A stretch of 64,000 nt of DNA from Felis catus (lineage: Eukaryota): contig NC_058368.1 of the NCBI RefSeq assembly GCF_018350175.1, positions 190,590,001 to 190,654,000 of the forward strand, read 5' to 3'. The notes under the pieces are model-generated. The model had not been told where the DNA came from. It did no database searches and was given only the letters and a program-made list of their open reading frames with translations. A program made the translations under genes and the position numbers. Positions 1-12,380 of the stretch are shown here, piece after piece. Positions within the stretch are counted from its first letter, which is position 1; every line of letters starts with the position of its first letter.

Positions 1-114
1 CTCTGTTCCCTCCCCCTGCTTCAACCAGAGAATTACATTCTAATTGTTTTAATATGGATAAATGGCTTTTACTGCTTTAAAAAATAAAAAGGAAAGCCAT
101 TTGCCTCTGTGAGA

Positions 115-590
115 TTAGATTAGCTGTAACTGAAATGCAAAAATAGTGGCTTAAATAAGATAGGTATTTGTTTTTCTCTTCTGTAAAGTTCAGATGTGGA
201 CATACCAGAGCTGATGTAGTGGTTCCAGAATCATCTAGAGATCTATGCCTCTTCCAGCTTTCTGCTCCTGCTTCCTTAGAAGGAAGCCCAACCTCCTGAT
301 ATAAAAAAAACTCCAGTCATCACATTGATATTCTAAGCAGCAACAGGAGGTTGGAAGTGAGGTGGGGGGGGGGGGGGACACACCCTTTCCCTTTGAAGTT
401 ACTCTCCAGAAAGTGCCCCAAATCTAGTAATTGGGCTGTGTCATAGTAACATAGTCACACTCAGCTGCTAAAGAGGCTGAGAATTATAGTTCTCATTCTG
501 TATGTGCCCACCTAAAATCCAGGAATTCTATAATTTGAGGAAGAAAAGGGAAACTGATATGGGGACACCTAGTATCATCCCTCTGGTATG
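115..590 (-). mobile_element. Old MaLR solo LTR (MLT1I/J-like), degraded
   Basis: 'ttagctgtaac...aatagtggcttaaataagata...ttccagctttctgctc...tagtcacactcagctgc' resembles the reverse complement of old MLT1 LTRs; contains a G14 run at 364-377. Confidence 0.55.
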
Positions 591-628
591 AGACACAAAA
601 TAATAGTCATGTGTCCAGGGTCACACAG

Positions 629-1143
629 TGTATGAGGTTTCTCCAGAGACCAATAGGATATATCCAAATCCATATACGTATACATATATTGAGAGAGTAA
701 GAGATAGGTTGATCAACTGATTGATTTATTGTAAGAATTGGGTCATGGGAGGCTGAGAAGTCCCGTGACCTGCCCTACAAGCTAGAGAGGAGCAAACCCA
801 GTGGTGTAATTCAGTCTGAGTAAAAACATCTGAGAATTGAGGGGCCAAAGCTATAAATCCTGATCTGAGTCCCAAAGCCTGAGAACCAGGAGTGCAGAGG
901 TCTGAGAGCTGGAGAAGACCGATGTCAGAGAGTAAATTCATCGTTCCTCTGCTTTTTTTGCTTTCAGGCCAGCAACAGATTGGATGGTGCTCACCTGAAT
1001 TGGTGAGGGTGATTTTCTTCTACTTAGTCTACTGATTCAGTTGCTAGTCTGTTCCATAGACATCCTCACAGACAAACTCAGAAATATTTTATCAGCTATG
1101 TGGGCATCCCCAGTGAAGATGACACATAAAATTGACTATCACA
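629..1143 (-). mobile_element. ERVL solo LTR (MLT2-type)
   Basis: TG...CA termini; ends 'gacacataaaattgactatcaca' (reverse complement of the MLT2 5' end); 5-bp TSD CACAG at 624-628 and 1144-1148. Confidence 0.85.
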
Positions 1144-1716
1144 CACAGCTAGTTAACTCTTGGGCTGAAAATGGATTCCGTTCACCCTCTTTTTTTTTCT
1201 TTCGCCCCCAAAAAACTATTAATTATAATTTTCCTCTAATTTAACAGGCAAAAAGAAATGAAAGTGCAATTAAAGTTAATAACTTTTAGATAAACATTTC
1301 TTTCTCGTAAAATGTGTAATGAGGATAATAATGTACCTTATAGGTCTGCTGCATGGGATCCATGACGTGCATATTAAGCAGGTTGATCAATGCCTATTTC
1401 ATAAAAGGATGGGAGCTGCCTATGATGATGCCAATGTAAAAGTCTAATAAAGTGTGCAAAAAGCAGCTTTACTTTTGTGACAAGATTATAAATCTTGGAA
1501 AGGAGGCACCATGTCTTATTCATACTGGGTTCCTGATATTCAGTACAGTGGTTCCCATGCAGATCTCTATCATTGTTATGAGTGTTGAATGTTGAGAAAA
1601 AAGAGGTAAAATATTGAACAGTTTGCATTCATTCTCTTTTAAACGTCATGACTAAATTATACCCGGTACTTATTAATTTGTGTCCTTCTCTCAAACTATG
1701 AGTAGTTACTTTTATT

Positions 1717-1942
1717 TTTAAATGTTTTCTGTGTTTTCTTTTTAACATTTATTTTTGAGAGAGCAAGACAGAGCATGAGTGGACAAGGGGCAGAGAGAGA
1801 GAGGGGGGACACAGAATCCAAAGCAGGCTCCAGGCTCTGAGCTGTCAGTACAGAGCCTGACACGGGGCTCGAACTCACAGACTGCAAGATCATGACCTGA
1901 GCCAAAGTCAGACGCCTAACCAACTGAACCACCCAGGCACCC
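1717..1942 (-). mobile_element. Can-SINE (SINEC_Fc-type)
   Basis: T-rich tail, AG-rich tract, 'gcaggctccaggctctgagctgtcag', head '...ccacccaggcaccc'; TSD agtagttacttttatt at 1701 and 1943. Confidence 0.95.
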
Positions 1943-1958
1943 AGTAGTTACTTTTATT

Positions 1959-1979
1959 ATTAAATGTGTATTTATTTTG

Positions 1980-2031
<52 letters not shown>

Positions 2032-2191
2032 TGGGGGAGGGGCAGAGAGAAAGGGAGAGAGAGAATCCCAAGCAGGCTCCACACTGTCAGCACAGAGTCT
2101 GATGCAGGGCTCAGAACCACAAACCGTGAGATCATGACCTGAACTGAAATCAAGAATTGAACACTTAACTGACTGAGCCACCCACGTGCCC
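1959..2191 (-). mobile_element. Can-SINE (older felid subtype) with (GC)n(AG)n tract
   Basis: 'gagaatcccaagcaggctccacactgtcagc...gactgagccacccacgtgccc'; flanked by agtagttact at 1943 and 2193. Confidence 0.95.
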
Positions 2192-2239
2192 TAGTAGTTA
2201 CTCTTTTGTACTTTTATTATATTTAAATATTTCTACCAA

Positions 2240-2702
2240 TGTAGCTGGGGCACAGAGTGCAAGAGTACCAGCTCCATGGGTCCTGAGCAGACCAGGTTTG
2301 GCTACTGGCCCCTGACAAAATCCAAAGGCAGAGAAACAAGTGTCAGTGAAATAAGATAGGAATTTATTGCCGTGAGGCTAACACCTGGAAGACCATTGAC
2401 TAGCGTCTCAAAGATTGTGTCCAAAGTGCTAAAGATACGTCCAGGTTTATATAAAGAAAATGGGGCGAAGGTTGGTGGGTACATGCAGGTGGGCAGTAAA
2501 ATTCAGGTGACCATTGTCTTGGAGTCAATCATGGGCTATGTCTTGATGGCCCAGGGCAGTCCTTAGTAGTTTTGGTTCCCATCAGGGGATGTTGGCCCAT
2601 GAGGTATTTTTCTTGAGTTAAGAGATAAGCTGGAGGGAGGAACTTGGTTATTTAAAAAGTTTGAGGTCAAAGTGGAGGTAGTAAAAGTCCTCTTTTGCTA
2701 AG
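2240..2702 (-). mobile_element. Endogenous retrovirus solo LTR (probably carnivore ERV1-class)
   Basis: On the minus strand a TATA box (tatataaa, ~2450) precedes AATAAA (~2365) and a terminal ...gctaca at 2240; ~460 bp long; the far terminus and TSD are degenerate. Confidence 0.7.
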
Positions 2703-3141
2703 ATTTGTAATATTCTATTCCATTTCTTAATCTTAGTTCCTGGTGTTATTTTTTATTAATACTATATTTAAGTTGATTCAGTGCTCATCCCAAGTTATTT
2801 TATCTGTGCTTCTGCATAGCTGAGGTCTCTATTTTGATTTCTGTCTTAATTGGCTGGATTTTATCACTTCATCAAAAACAATTTCTTTTCTTTCATTCTT
2901 CTTTTTAAAGCATTATCTTAGGTTACCAGAGTCCCTGAGTTATTTTTCTGTCTCTAAGCTTAAAATTTCTTTTTATTCTTGAAGTGTATTTGTTTAACCA
3001 TGGTAGCCTTGGTGTCAATCAGCTATTTCAGTGTTTCCTGGAACACAGTCTGTAGTTTTCCTATTGCTTTAATATCATTAAAAATTCCTGCTAATACTTT
3101 AAATGAGTTGTTCATGTGTTCTATTTGTAGAATTTGCTACT

Positions 3142-3854
3142 TGTTTTCATTTCTAGTGCAGCTTTAACAAGGTACCACAACAAGCAGAGTAGCTTAAAAC
3201 AACAGAAGTTTATTTTTGCACAGTTCCAGAAGCTACTAGTTCAAAATCAGGATTTCAGCAGGGTCAATTCTCCCTGATGGCTGTGATGGAGAATCTGTTC
3301 TATGCCCCTCTCTTGGCTTCTGGTGAAGGCTGGCAGTCCTGGAGGTTCACTGATTTGTAGCCACATCACTCAAATCTCTGCTTTGATGTTCATTTGGTGA
3401 TCTTTCCCTGTATGTCTCTTTGTCTTCACATGACCTTTTCTCTCTCTGTGTTTTAAAAATGTTTCATTTATTATTTTTGAGAGAGAGCACGAGCAGGCTA
3501 GGGGCAGAGAGAGAGGGAGATGCAGAATTTGAAGCAGGCTCCAGGCTCTGAGCTGTCAGCACAGAGCCTGACGTGGGGCTAGGACTCACAAACTGTGACA
3601 TCTCAACCTGAGCCGAAGTCAGACACTTAACTGACTGAGCCATCCAGGCGTCCCATCACATGAACTTCTCTTAACATTTGTTTTCTCTTATAAGGACACT
3701 AATCATATTGGGTTATGGTCCACCTAAGAAGTGTGGCTTCATCTTAACTTCATTAAACCTGCAAAGATGCTATTTACAAATAAGTTCACATTCATAGGTC
3801 CTGGGAGTTAGCACTTTAATATACCTTTTGGGGGGACATAATTCAACCTACACA
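3142..3854 (-). mobile_element. MaLR solo LTR (MLT1B/C-like) interrupted by a SINE
   Basis: TG...CA termini; 'gcttaaaacaacagaagtttatt', 'ggggacataattcaacc'; direct repeat GCTACT at 3136-3141 and 3855-3860. Confidence 0.85.
3451..3654 (-). mobile_element. Can-SINE inserted in the MLT1 LTR
   Basis: Typical Can-SINE body and head; degenerate TSD cacatgac/acttt/ctct at ~3427 and 3657. Confidence 0.93.
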
Positions 3855-6156
3855 GCTACTTTAGAGATTTTCTCTCTTTAGAATATAATAACTTCGTGTT
3901 TTATATCTATTATTTGCCTTTCCTTACTTTTTTCCCCCTCCTTATCTACTGTGATTATCTCAAAACTTCTTTCCTGAATTTCATTTTCGATTGTATTTAT
4001 TCCCTTTCTTGCTGCTTCTAATTTATTCATTAGTTTTTAAATGGCATTATTTTAGTTTGGTTCTTATTCACATCCTTTGCTGTAGCTTTTTATACTTGAT
4101 TCTGTAGTTTATTTGGCTAGACTTTTGAGAGGTTTAATTTATTGCTTATTGCTCTTAAGTACTCTTATTAATGTATTCTACTGGGCAAAGCATTTGGGAT
4201 TGATCCTTGGGGTACGTTTTCCATGAAACAAAGATATTAATCTTTTTAACTGCTTTTTCATGCTGTATTTTCAGGTTAACACCTTGCTACTTTTTACATT
4301 ACTCCTGCTTGAGAGAGCTGCTCTGTAGACTACCTAGCTTGTCTGTCAGTTTGAAAGAATTCTCCCTAGCCCTCTTTCCACCATTACTGGAGACTTGCCT
4401 TAGTTTCTAGCTACAGCTAGAAGACCCAGGCATTACGTTCCATCGTCCTCTCTCTAGCCCGTGGTCATGGTGGGGAAAGGGAGAGTTCCATTGGGGTTAT
4501 GTACAATCTTTCTTAGAGGAACTGGTTTCTGTTCCTTTTTCTTAAATTTTGTTTTTGTCTTGTGCCGGGGACTACTCCACTTAATATCTTCTAGATGGTT
4601 CTCCCAATTCAGCATGGAGTCCAGTAGCCTATGCCTTTGCACAAGTGGGTCAATGCAACTGTCCACTTTTCATTTCTCCTCACTCCCAGACCATTTCCTC
4701 AGTACTACCTTGAAGTCAAAAGAGACAACATGGATACCATTCTTCGTACATTTCTTGCTAATTTGGGAGTATTTGAGGGATAGTCTCAGGACTTTTAGTA
4801 TCCTCTGGGGATAAGATACGGGCCAGTCTTCTCCTTTCTTTTACCTTTTAGAGATTATGGCATTCAATTTCCTTGTTTTGTTGTGGCAGATTTTTTTTTC
4901 TGGTATTTTTTTCCCTTGATTTTGTTGTTTATAAGAGGAGGGGAGAATCTATGAACCAGTTCACTCTATCCTTTCTTCTGTGTGCATCTTGAGCCTTTGG
5001 GTTATGCCATGATGCCAGCTGGTGATTCCACCACTAATAAAAAAGACAAGATCCCTAGATATTTTCGTAACAGCATTGAGTCTTCTTACACTTCTTGCTG
5101 GTACTATGATTCTGGCGCCTGGTTTAGAGTATTGCATCCAGATGTCAGCTTACATTATGATTGGAAGGCCAGGTTGCTGGTCCTTTTTAAAAAAAAAAAA
5201 TTAAAACTTCAAAATCAAGGGCTTTAGATGTGAAATGATAATTACTAACATACATTTTTCACTTACTTTCTTTTATTCAGCAGTCAGACTAAATGTCACC
5301 AAAGGTTACATTTTAGATCTTGCTGGTTTTAAAACTCTGGTAACTATCAGTCCATTGAAAGTGAAAGAAGCTCTCAGAATGTGTTTTTCCTGCCAATTCT
5401 GCCTTAGCCCTCCCACTTGCAGTAACCTCATTATTATTCCAAATTGAAGGGTTTGAGGTCATGCTGAGAGGTTCACAAACTAGTCAAACAGAGTCCCTGT
5501 CCTCATCATCTCAGATATTTATCATTACTTTTCAGGGCTCAGAAGACTAATTAATAAATCAAAGAAATCATTATAGAGCAGTTCAGTGTGTTTGGGCTTT
5601 TACCTCCTGGGAAATAAGTCTTACATTTCAAAAGCATATTTGTTTCCATTATGTAAGGCAAATACATTGTTGAATACAAATGCTTGTGATATAATGGATA
5701 TATTTAAGCCAAACCAAGATTCCCTCAGATCTCCATCAGAAGGGTTTGGAAAACAAGCCAGAACATGCTATTTTTTTTTTATTACTATTATTCTTGTCCT
5801 TGACTTTATGTAGTCTTTTGTTTCCTAAGCTTGCAGGATGTGAAGAAGGTTCTATCTGAGACTGAGTTCCCACAGCAGTCCTCAGGAACTTCAGGGCATC
5901 AGATGGGAGCTGGTTAATGGACCACTGGGTGTCAGTATTGTCTTTTCTTACCCTAGCAGAACCCACATGGGGTTGTCTTGTGCTTATCAGAAGCTTATTG
6001 ACTTTGTTGGAATACAGGATATTAGACTTTCTGTACAAGCCAGGAAGGACCAGTCCAAGTAGCTTACTTCACAGATGGAGAGACGGAGTCATGGAGAAGG
6101 GACAGCTGATTTCTTGTTCGGGATGGTTTCCCCACCTTAGGCTTCCCAAACTGTCT

Positions 6157-6590
6157 CAAACATAAATGCCCACAGGGCCGGGCAAATGAAAGGGTCAAGT
6201 GAGCTCACATTTGTCTGAATGAAAAGCTATGTCCTCTTCTTCCCCAGATAAGCTGTTTTCCATTTTTCTTGATCAGGCCACTTGATGTATCTCTTGTTTC
6301 CCCAATACTGATACAGAGAAAATTTCTTCTGTTTTTAAACAACAGCAAGACTGCAAAAGCCTGATGAAGGCCCTTGGCTGTGTGTCAGGGAAACAATAAG
6401 AATGAATAAGGGACCAGCTGTGTTACATGCCAGCAAGGTGATGGGGTCCTAGCATAGGTGGATCCTAAGATTTTTTAAGAGAAATGGGAAATCTGGATTT
6501 TTTTTTTTTTTGGTGAGTTATTCTCATTTTCGTAAGCTTGCTCAAACATAAAAAAAAACCTGTGGGTAGATACGGGATTTCTAGTTTAAC
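6157..6590. mobile_element. hAT-Charlie DNA transposon relic (MER102-like)
   Basis: 'aaatgcccacagggcc', 'agggaaacaata', 'aagagaaatgggaaatctggattttt' resemble recalled MER102 motifs. Confidence 0.55.
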
Positions 6591-7159
6591 AAGCTATAAT
6601 CATTACACTAAAACTTGAAAGTTTTCCTTTCAGACTCGGATTCTTTTGCCTGCATTTTCTAGTTTGAGCTGATCGGCTCTGACATGATGAGGGAAGGTCC
6701 CCTGAGAGATGTATAGGGTTTCCTTGTATATCATTCATAGGTAGAATTTGAGAAACTGTGTCACCTTTTCATTCCAAGGAAAAGGAAATGTTTTGTGCAG
6801 CACTTTGAGGGGCAGTATAAGCCAGAAAATTTACGTATCTATACTTAACTTCGCTTGATCCAGAAGAGGCTGGAAGAGTTTGATTATTACTAAACTTTCA
6901 GTGCTGTCTCATTTTCTGTCATGAATGTGGTAGAGCTGGGGCCCAGAGAGGGAAAGCATCTAGACGTCTCTCCAATCCTAGGAATTTGCCTCTTTTGTAA
7001 ACTGGAGACCTAAAAGGATGAGAGAAAAGTTTTCAGACTCATGGACAAGCCTGTAAGTTTTCATATCATACACCAAAAAGGTGAAACACAGAGGGGACAG
7101 TGCCCTACTCAAGGTTACATAGTTGGTGGCAGGAGACTCCTGATTCTAGCTCTCTTCAG

Positions 7160-7402
7160 TTTTTTTTAAAGTGTATTTATCTTGAGAGAGAGTGCATGTG
7201 TGAGCAGGGGTGGGGTAGAGAGAGAAAGAGAGAGGTAGAGAGAGAAAGAGAGAGACAGAGAGAGAGAAGAGAGAATCCCCAAGCAGGCTCCATGCTGTCA
7301 GCACTGAGCCTGACATGGGACTTGAACTTAGGAACTGCGAGATCATGGCCTGAGCTGAAATCAAGACTTGGATGCTTAACTGACTGAGCCACCCAGGTGC
7401 CC
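7160..7402 (-). mobile_element. Can-SINE
   Basis: AG-rich tract, 'gagaatccccaagcaggctcc', head 'gactgagccacccaggtgccc'. Confidence 0.95.
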
Positions 7403-7784
7403 AAACTGTCTTTAGTCTTAATCTGGGATTCTCACAGGAGGTTGATGAGAAAAAGCAATCATCCAGTCATTGGATAGCACAGTGTTCCGTACAAATATTC
7501 ACAAACTATAGTGTTCAGGAGGCAAAATAGGATGGTTTCTGCAAGAAAGAACCTATTCATATCTAGATATTTATTTTTACAAAGGAATAGACTCCAGAAG
7601 AAATGCATAGGCAGCTGAACTATTTGCTATTTTTAAAAAAGTTTGAGTTTGGAAATCCTCTGATTCTTATGTTCACCATCTGTGTTTCTCTGGTGTATTT
7701 AATGAGTTGTGCTGGAGTCAGCAAAAGAGGAAAATATTCTGTTATAATCTGGAAAAATAACATGAATGATATAGGAGAATACAG

Positions 7785-7910
7785 GGATTATAGGTGGACT
7801 CAATCTGCAGCAAGAAGGATTTAGGTTAGATGCACTGAAGAACTTGACAAGAAGAATTTTTTAAGATTAGGATGTGTTGTTAGCAGAGGTTATGTGATCA
7901 CTTAAAATCC
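7785..7910 (+). mobile_element. CR1/L3 LINE 3' fragment
   Basis: 'ctgcagcaagaaggatttaggttagatgcactgaagaactt' resembles the conserved CR1/L3 3' motif. Confidence 0.55.
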
Positions 7911-8332
7911 TATTATTGTAGCTATCAGTTCAAGCAAATGGTCTCTACTATGAGAATTAGCTTTCTAAAACATCAATACGATTATATTAATGGTCCCTTC
8001 TTAAAAGCTTCTTACTTTCTTATTGTCATTTCCTGGGTTTGACTCACAAGTCACTTCATAATGTGATCTAAGACGATATTTCTTATCTGGAGGTAATCTA
8101 AATGTTTCTTTAAAAATTGAAAACATCAAAGAGCATGATCTTTATCAAATAAGATTAGGAAATCTGACATATCATGCCTTTCTTGTGCAGAATCACTAAG
8201 CACATATGAAAGTCTTTGAGGAATCCTGAAATTAAGAAAACGGTATAAATCACTCAGTGAAACAGGCTTGGGAACTAGGGCCCATCACCTAGGGCTCTAG
8301 CCCTATCGAGCTTTTCCTCAAATAAATAAGTA

Positions 8333-8570
8333 CAACTGACCCTTGAACAACATGAGTTTGAACTGTGCAGGTTCACTGACATGCGAATTTTTTTCTGTAA
8401 ATACAGTACAATACTGTATATATTTTCCCTAATGATTTTCTTAACGTTTAATTTTTTTCCAGCTTGCTTTATTGTAAGAATACAGTATTTAACACATATG
8501 ACAAAGTACATTTAATTGACTTTTGATGTTAGTGAAGACTTGTGGTCAACAGTAGGCTAGTAGTGGTTGT
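8333..8570 (+). mobile_element. Tigger2a-like TcMar DNA transposon fragment
   Basis: TA followed by TIR-like 'caactgacccttgaacaacatgagtttgaactg'; internal 'ctttattgtaagaatacagtat'; right TIR not seen. Confidence 0.8.
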
Positions 8571-8689
8571 GTGAATGTTTCCAAACAGTTGGGAATATCT
8601 TCAGGCTAGACTTAGCAATGAAGTCAAGACTTTTCTACCTGCCTCTGTGACCTTCTACAAACACTGCTCTACCAGATCTATCAGGCCTT

Positions 8690-8940
8690 GCTCCTCTGTC
8701 ACCAGCATTCGTGCACCGATGTCAACCCTTCTCCCTTGTACTCCTGTGCCATTCCTTCTCCACACAGCTTCCCATCATGCTCCTGCCATGCTGGTCTCAG
8801 TTCTGATCCTGGGGCTCTGCACATTTTTTCTCAGCCTCAGGGCCTTTCATTGACTGTGGCCTCTGCTGGGAAAGCACCTCTCCCTGTCCCTTTTCATTCT
8901 TCAGTTCTCTACTCAGATGCCCCCTTCTTGGAGGGGTCCG
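8690..8940 (+). mobile_element. L2 LINE fragment
   Basis: 'cctcagggcctttcattgactgtggcctctgctggga...ctcagatgcccccttcttggagg' is typical of the L2 3' region. Confidence 0.6.
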
Positions 8941-8941
8941 C

Positions 8942-9290
8942 TGTCCTAGCTTGGGGTTCCTTCAGGAAACAAACAATAGCAGTTTACCTGGAAAATGCGG
9001 AGAACATGGGTGAGAAAGTAGGACAGGAACACAGGGAAGGGAAGGCAGCCAATAGCGGGTACCAGCTGCCACAGTGGCCAACCAAGCTTAATCCTGGGGG
9101 AAGCTCTGGAAAGTCTGAAATGCACACCTCAAAGTTAACACCCTTAAAGAATAGGGATCTGGGCCCACCCACTCCCCTCAACCATGGTAGGGGACCACTG
9201 GACGGCCAGAAGGCACTTCTGGCTTGGTGTTTGTTGTATAGACAGAGCATGGAAATAGCATAGTACTGGCATTTGGGAGCAGTCCTGAAG
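8942..9290 (-). mobile_element. Old ERVL LTR fragment (LTR16/LTR33-like)
   Basis: 'tgtcctagcttggggttcc...acagggaagggaaggcagccaata' resembles the reverse complement of old ERVL LTRs. Confidence 0.55.
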
Positions 9291-9450
9291 AGTAGTTTTC
9301 ACACTTTAGTGTATACACAAACCTTGGGGGATCTTGTTAGGATATGTATTGATTCAGGAGTTCTGTGAGGAGGCCTGAGATTCTGCCTAAGAAATTCCCA
9401 GGTGATGCCTCTGCTGATGTTCTGAGATGCTATGGGCAGCAAACATTGGA
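9291..9450. mobile_element. MER5-like hAT MITE
   Basis: 'gattcaggagttctg...ggcctgagattctgc...tcccaggtgatgcctctgctg'. Confidence 0.65.
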
Positions 9451-9639
9451 AGTGCGTGGCAAGTATCAGTCAGAGGCAGGATGGGCCCTGATGCTGTGGG
9501 CTGCCCCTTCCTCCGTGCCCATCCTCACCAAGGTCTCCTCGGGTTCTCTCAGTTTATTTCCTTTGTGCAGAAAGCATAGCCTGCAACAGCAGTATTTGTG
9601 GTTGAGGCCACATGTGACATGTGGCCAGTGACATGTTGG

Positions 9640-9770
9640 TCACTGGTCTTCCTCATTAGACTATAAGCTCCATGAGGGCTCTATCTGTCTTACTGAGTGT
9701 TGCTTTCCCAGGGACCAGCACCGTGCCTAGTGCACAGATGAGAACTTGGTAAATATTTATTGAATGATTC
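9640..9770 (+). mobile_element. L2 3' terminus
   Basis: 'ttagactataagctccatgagggc...gtgcctag...taaatatttattgaatga'. Confidence 0.8.
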
Positions 9771-9817
9771 AGTAATTTTTCATAGGTGACATTCTCATAA
9801 ACCTATTCTAGGGATAT

Positions 9818-9821
<4 letters not shown>

Positions 9822-9872
<51 letters not shown>

Positions 9873-9889
9873 ATATATATATATATATA
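9822..9889. repeat. Compound microsatellite (TG)~24 / (TA)~9
   Basis: Directly visible. Confidence 0.98.
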
Positions 9890-10377
9890 AAAGGCTAGGG
9901 CCTCATCTCCTGAGAACTGTCCATGATTCACACAAATCATGCAGCAAGTTCCAAGTATCTTTCATTATTCTTTCTGCAGGTTTTTCTTAGAAAGTCCTTT
10001 AGGAAATCATAAAATTTTCTTATTAAGATGTTCATTGTGCTCTACTACCTGCTGCAAGCATGACTGTCATTGTGTCCCTTTCTCACATCAGTGGCCTTGC
10101 AGCCACGGGGGCCCTAATGCTTCAACTCAGCCTCGTGCCCCATTAGTTGGCTTCCAGCCTTTCTCCCCACCTAAGCTCCTGCTGCAGCAAGTAATATGGG
10201 GCACAAGTGGGTGCAGAAGACCTGTCTCCAGGGGCAACTAACAGAGGGGACATTCCTCAGTAGAATTTCTTCTTTGTGTCCAGTCCTGCCCATAAGGAAC
10301 AGACTTCCCCCTGCTCATCTCTTCTTCACATTGTTGCTGGTGAAGCTGAGGTTCCCAGCAGAGTACTAGACAATCGC

Positions 10378-10600
10378 TCATTCCTTCTCTCACTCCCTCT
10401 CTCATTCCCTTATTAAATATCTATTGAGAGCCTATTGTGTCCAGTACTCTTATATGTTCTGGTTCACAGGAGTGAACAAGGCAGACAAGAATCTGTACCC
10501 TAATGGAGTTTACTTTACAGTGGGGGCAAATAAGCAATGATCAAGATAAGGGTGTAAAATAGAAACTGTACCAGCTTGTGGTAAATACTATGGAGAGAAA
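10378..10600 (-). mobile_element. L2 3' terminus
   Basis: 'aaatatctattgagagcctattgtgtccag...gtgaacaaggcagacaag...taatggagtttac'. Confidence 0.75.
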
Positions 10601-11492
10601 GAAAGGGGTGGGCAGGAGGAGGAACTCTACTTATATGGAGGGCCATAGGGACTGGGAACTGACCTGGAGGGCCTGAGCTTTCTATGTGGACAGGGATAAA
10701 GGCCATAGCCACATGAGGCCTCACAGTCTCAGGGTAGAGTGGAGAAAATGCAGTGAGTATCGGATGGGAGAAATGGTTGAGAGTCCTAGGAAAAAATACC
10801 TAGACTCTTTTGACTCTTGCTGATGGAAGCACAATAGGAGAATTTCTATAATTTTTAAATTTTAAGTGTGTATTTTTAATAGGCAAACACTTCTATTGGG
10901 TTGACATTTAAAATATACAAAAGGATACATAATTGTAAAATTAAAAGCCTCTCAAACATATTCCCTAAGAACTCAGTTCCCCTTCTTGGAAGCAAAATTT
11001 TCTAAACAGTTTCTTAATATATTCTTTCACGGATATTTTATTCATACACATGCAAATATATGTGTGTATCTGTGTGCATATCTATAAAGATATTCATAAA
11101 CATGTATAGAGTATGTTACCCATACCCATACACATATAAGTATGTTTATATATCTATACATTATACATCTGTGTGTGTATACTTACATCTATACATAGAT
11201 TGGAGAAGAAAGTCCAAGACGACTCAGGGAGCTCTCACTCCATGAGGATTCTGCCAGTTGCTAAGTATGTTTGTATGCTTATGCAAATCAAATAGGCTTT
11301 AGTAGTTTGCCTGTATATTTCAATTTTAGAGATATCATGATCAAATAGGCCATACCAAAGATCTCTGCAGGGCAAACCTTTCTGATAGATGCTTTAGCTT
11401 TGCTTCCCATCATGGTAACTATGCTCATATTTTGATTAAATGCATAAACTGTGGACACAGAAAAACCTAGAGGCAAATCCTAGTTGGGCATG

Positions 11493-12011
11493 TGTATTAG
11501 CTTCCTTTTGCCACTGTAACATATTACCACAAACTTAGTGACTTAAAACACAATTTTGTTACCTTATAATTCTGGAGGTGAGGAATCTGAAATGGTTTTC
11601 AGTGGGCTGATATCCAAGTGTCAGCAAGGCTGTGCTACTTCCAGAGGCTCCAAGGAAAAATCCATTTCCCTGTCTTCTCCACCTTCTAGAGGTCACCTGT
11701 ATTCCTGGGCTGAAGGCTACATCCTCATCTTCAAAGCCAGCAATGTGGCTTCAAATCTTCAAATCTCCTTCTGTGACCTCTTCTTCCATTATCACATCTC
11801 CTCTCTGATTCTGACCCTCCTGTCTCCCTTTTATAAGGACCCTTGTGATTGCATTTATCCCATCCAGATAATCCAGGATAATCTCCCCATCTCAAAAATT
11901 TTAACACATCTGCAAGGTTCCTTTAGCTATGTAAGATAACATATCCACAGGTTCTGCAGATTAAAAGGTGGACATCTTTGTGAGGAGGGTGTCACTATTC
12001 TGCTTATCACA
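11493..12011 (-). mobile_element. MaLR solo LTR (MLT1D-like)
   Basis: Starts 'tgtattag...ttaccacaaacttagtgacttaaaaca'; contains 'atccagataatccaggataatctccccatctcaa'; ends 'tattctgcttatcaca'. Confidence 0.88.
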
Positions 12012-12380
12012 TGTAGTCTTAGGAGTTATTTAATTTCTGGGAGTATGTTCCCTTATCTACAAAATTTTGATAAAAACAATATTTGGAGGAATCAAATGAA
12101 ACAATGTATATGTTCTTGGGTCATAACCAGGACAAACAACATCTTATGTAGCTCTTGTTTATTAGTGACCTTAGTGACACCATTTACCTCTTGGAGTCCC
12201 AGTGTCATCTTCTATAACATGGGGGAAAGAATATCAACTGTCATGTTTTATTACTATGAATATCCATTTAATCCAGTAAAGTACATTAAAGGACTATCAA
12301 TTTCTTTGAATCACAGTGATAACTTTGGCATAAATCAAGTGAACAAAACATGTGTAGGTTTGTTTAAGAATTCTCTTCTC

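Noticed and set aside
1696..2181. ORFs such as MAQSVK.../MISVQVMISRF... and similar ones at 7146, 12406, 14757, 18332, 36297, 40658, 46169 and 47767
   Set aside because: Translations of Can-SINE sequence; the recurring peptides reflect the repeat, not a gene family
5825..5920. Exon-like open stretch DVKKVLSETEFPQQSSG after 'ttgcag'
   Set aside because: Weak splice signals, ends in a stop, no recognisable protein
8290..8305. Inverted repeat TAGGGCT-CT-AGCCCTA
   Set aside because: 7-bp arms are within chance expectation for 64 kb, with no supporting context
8688..9263. 191-aa ORF, the longest outside L1
   Set aside because: Spans L2 and LTR relics, has a non-ATG start and no recognisable domain
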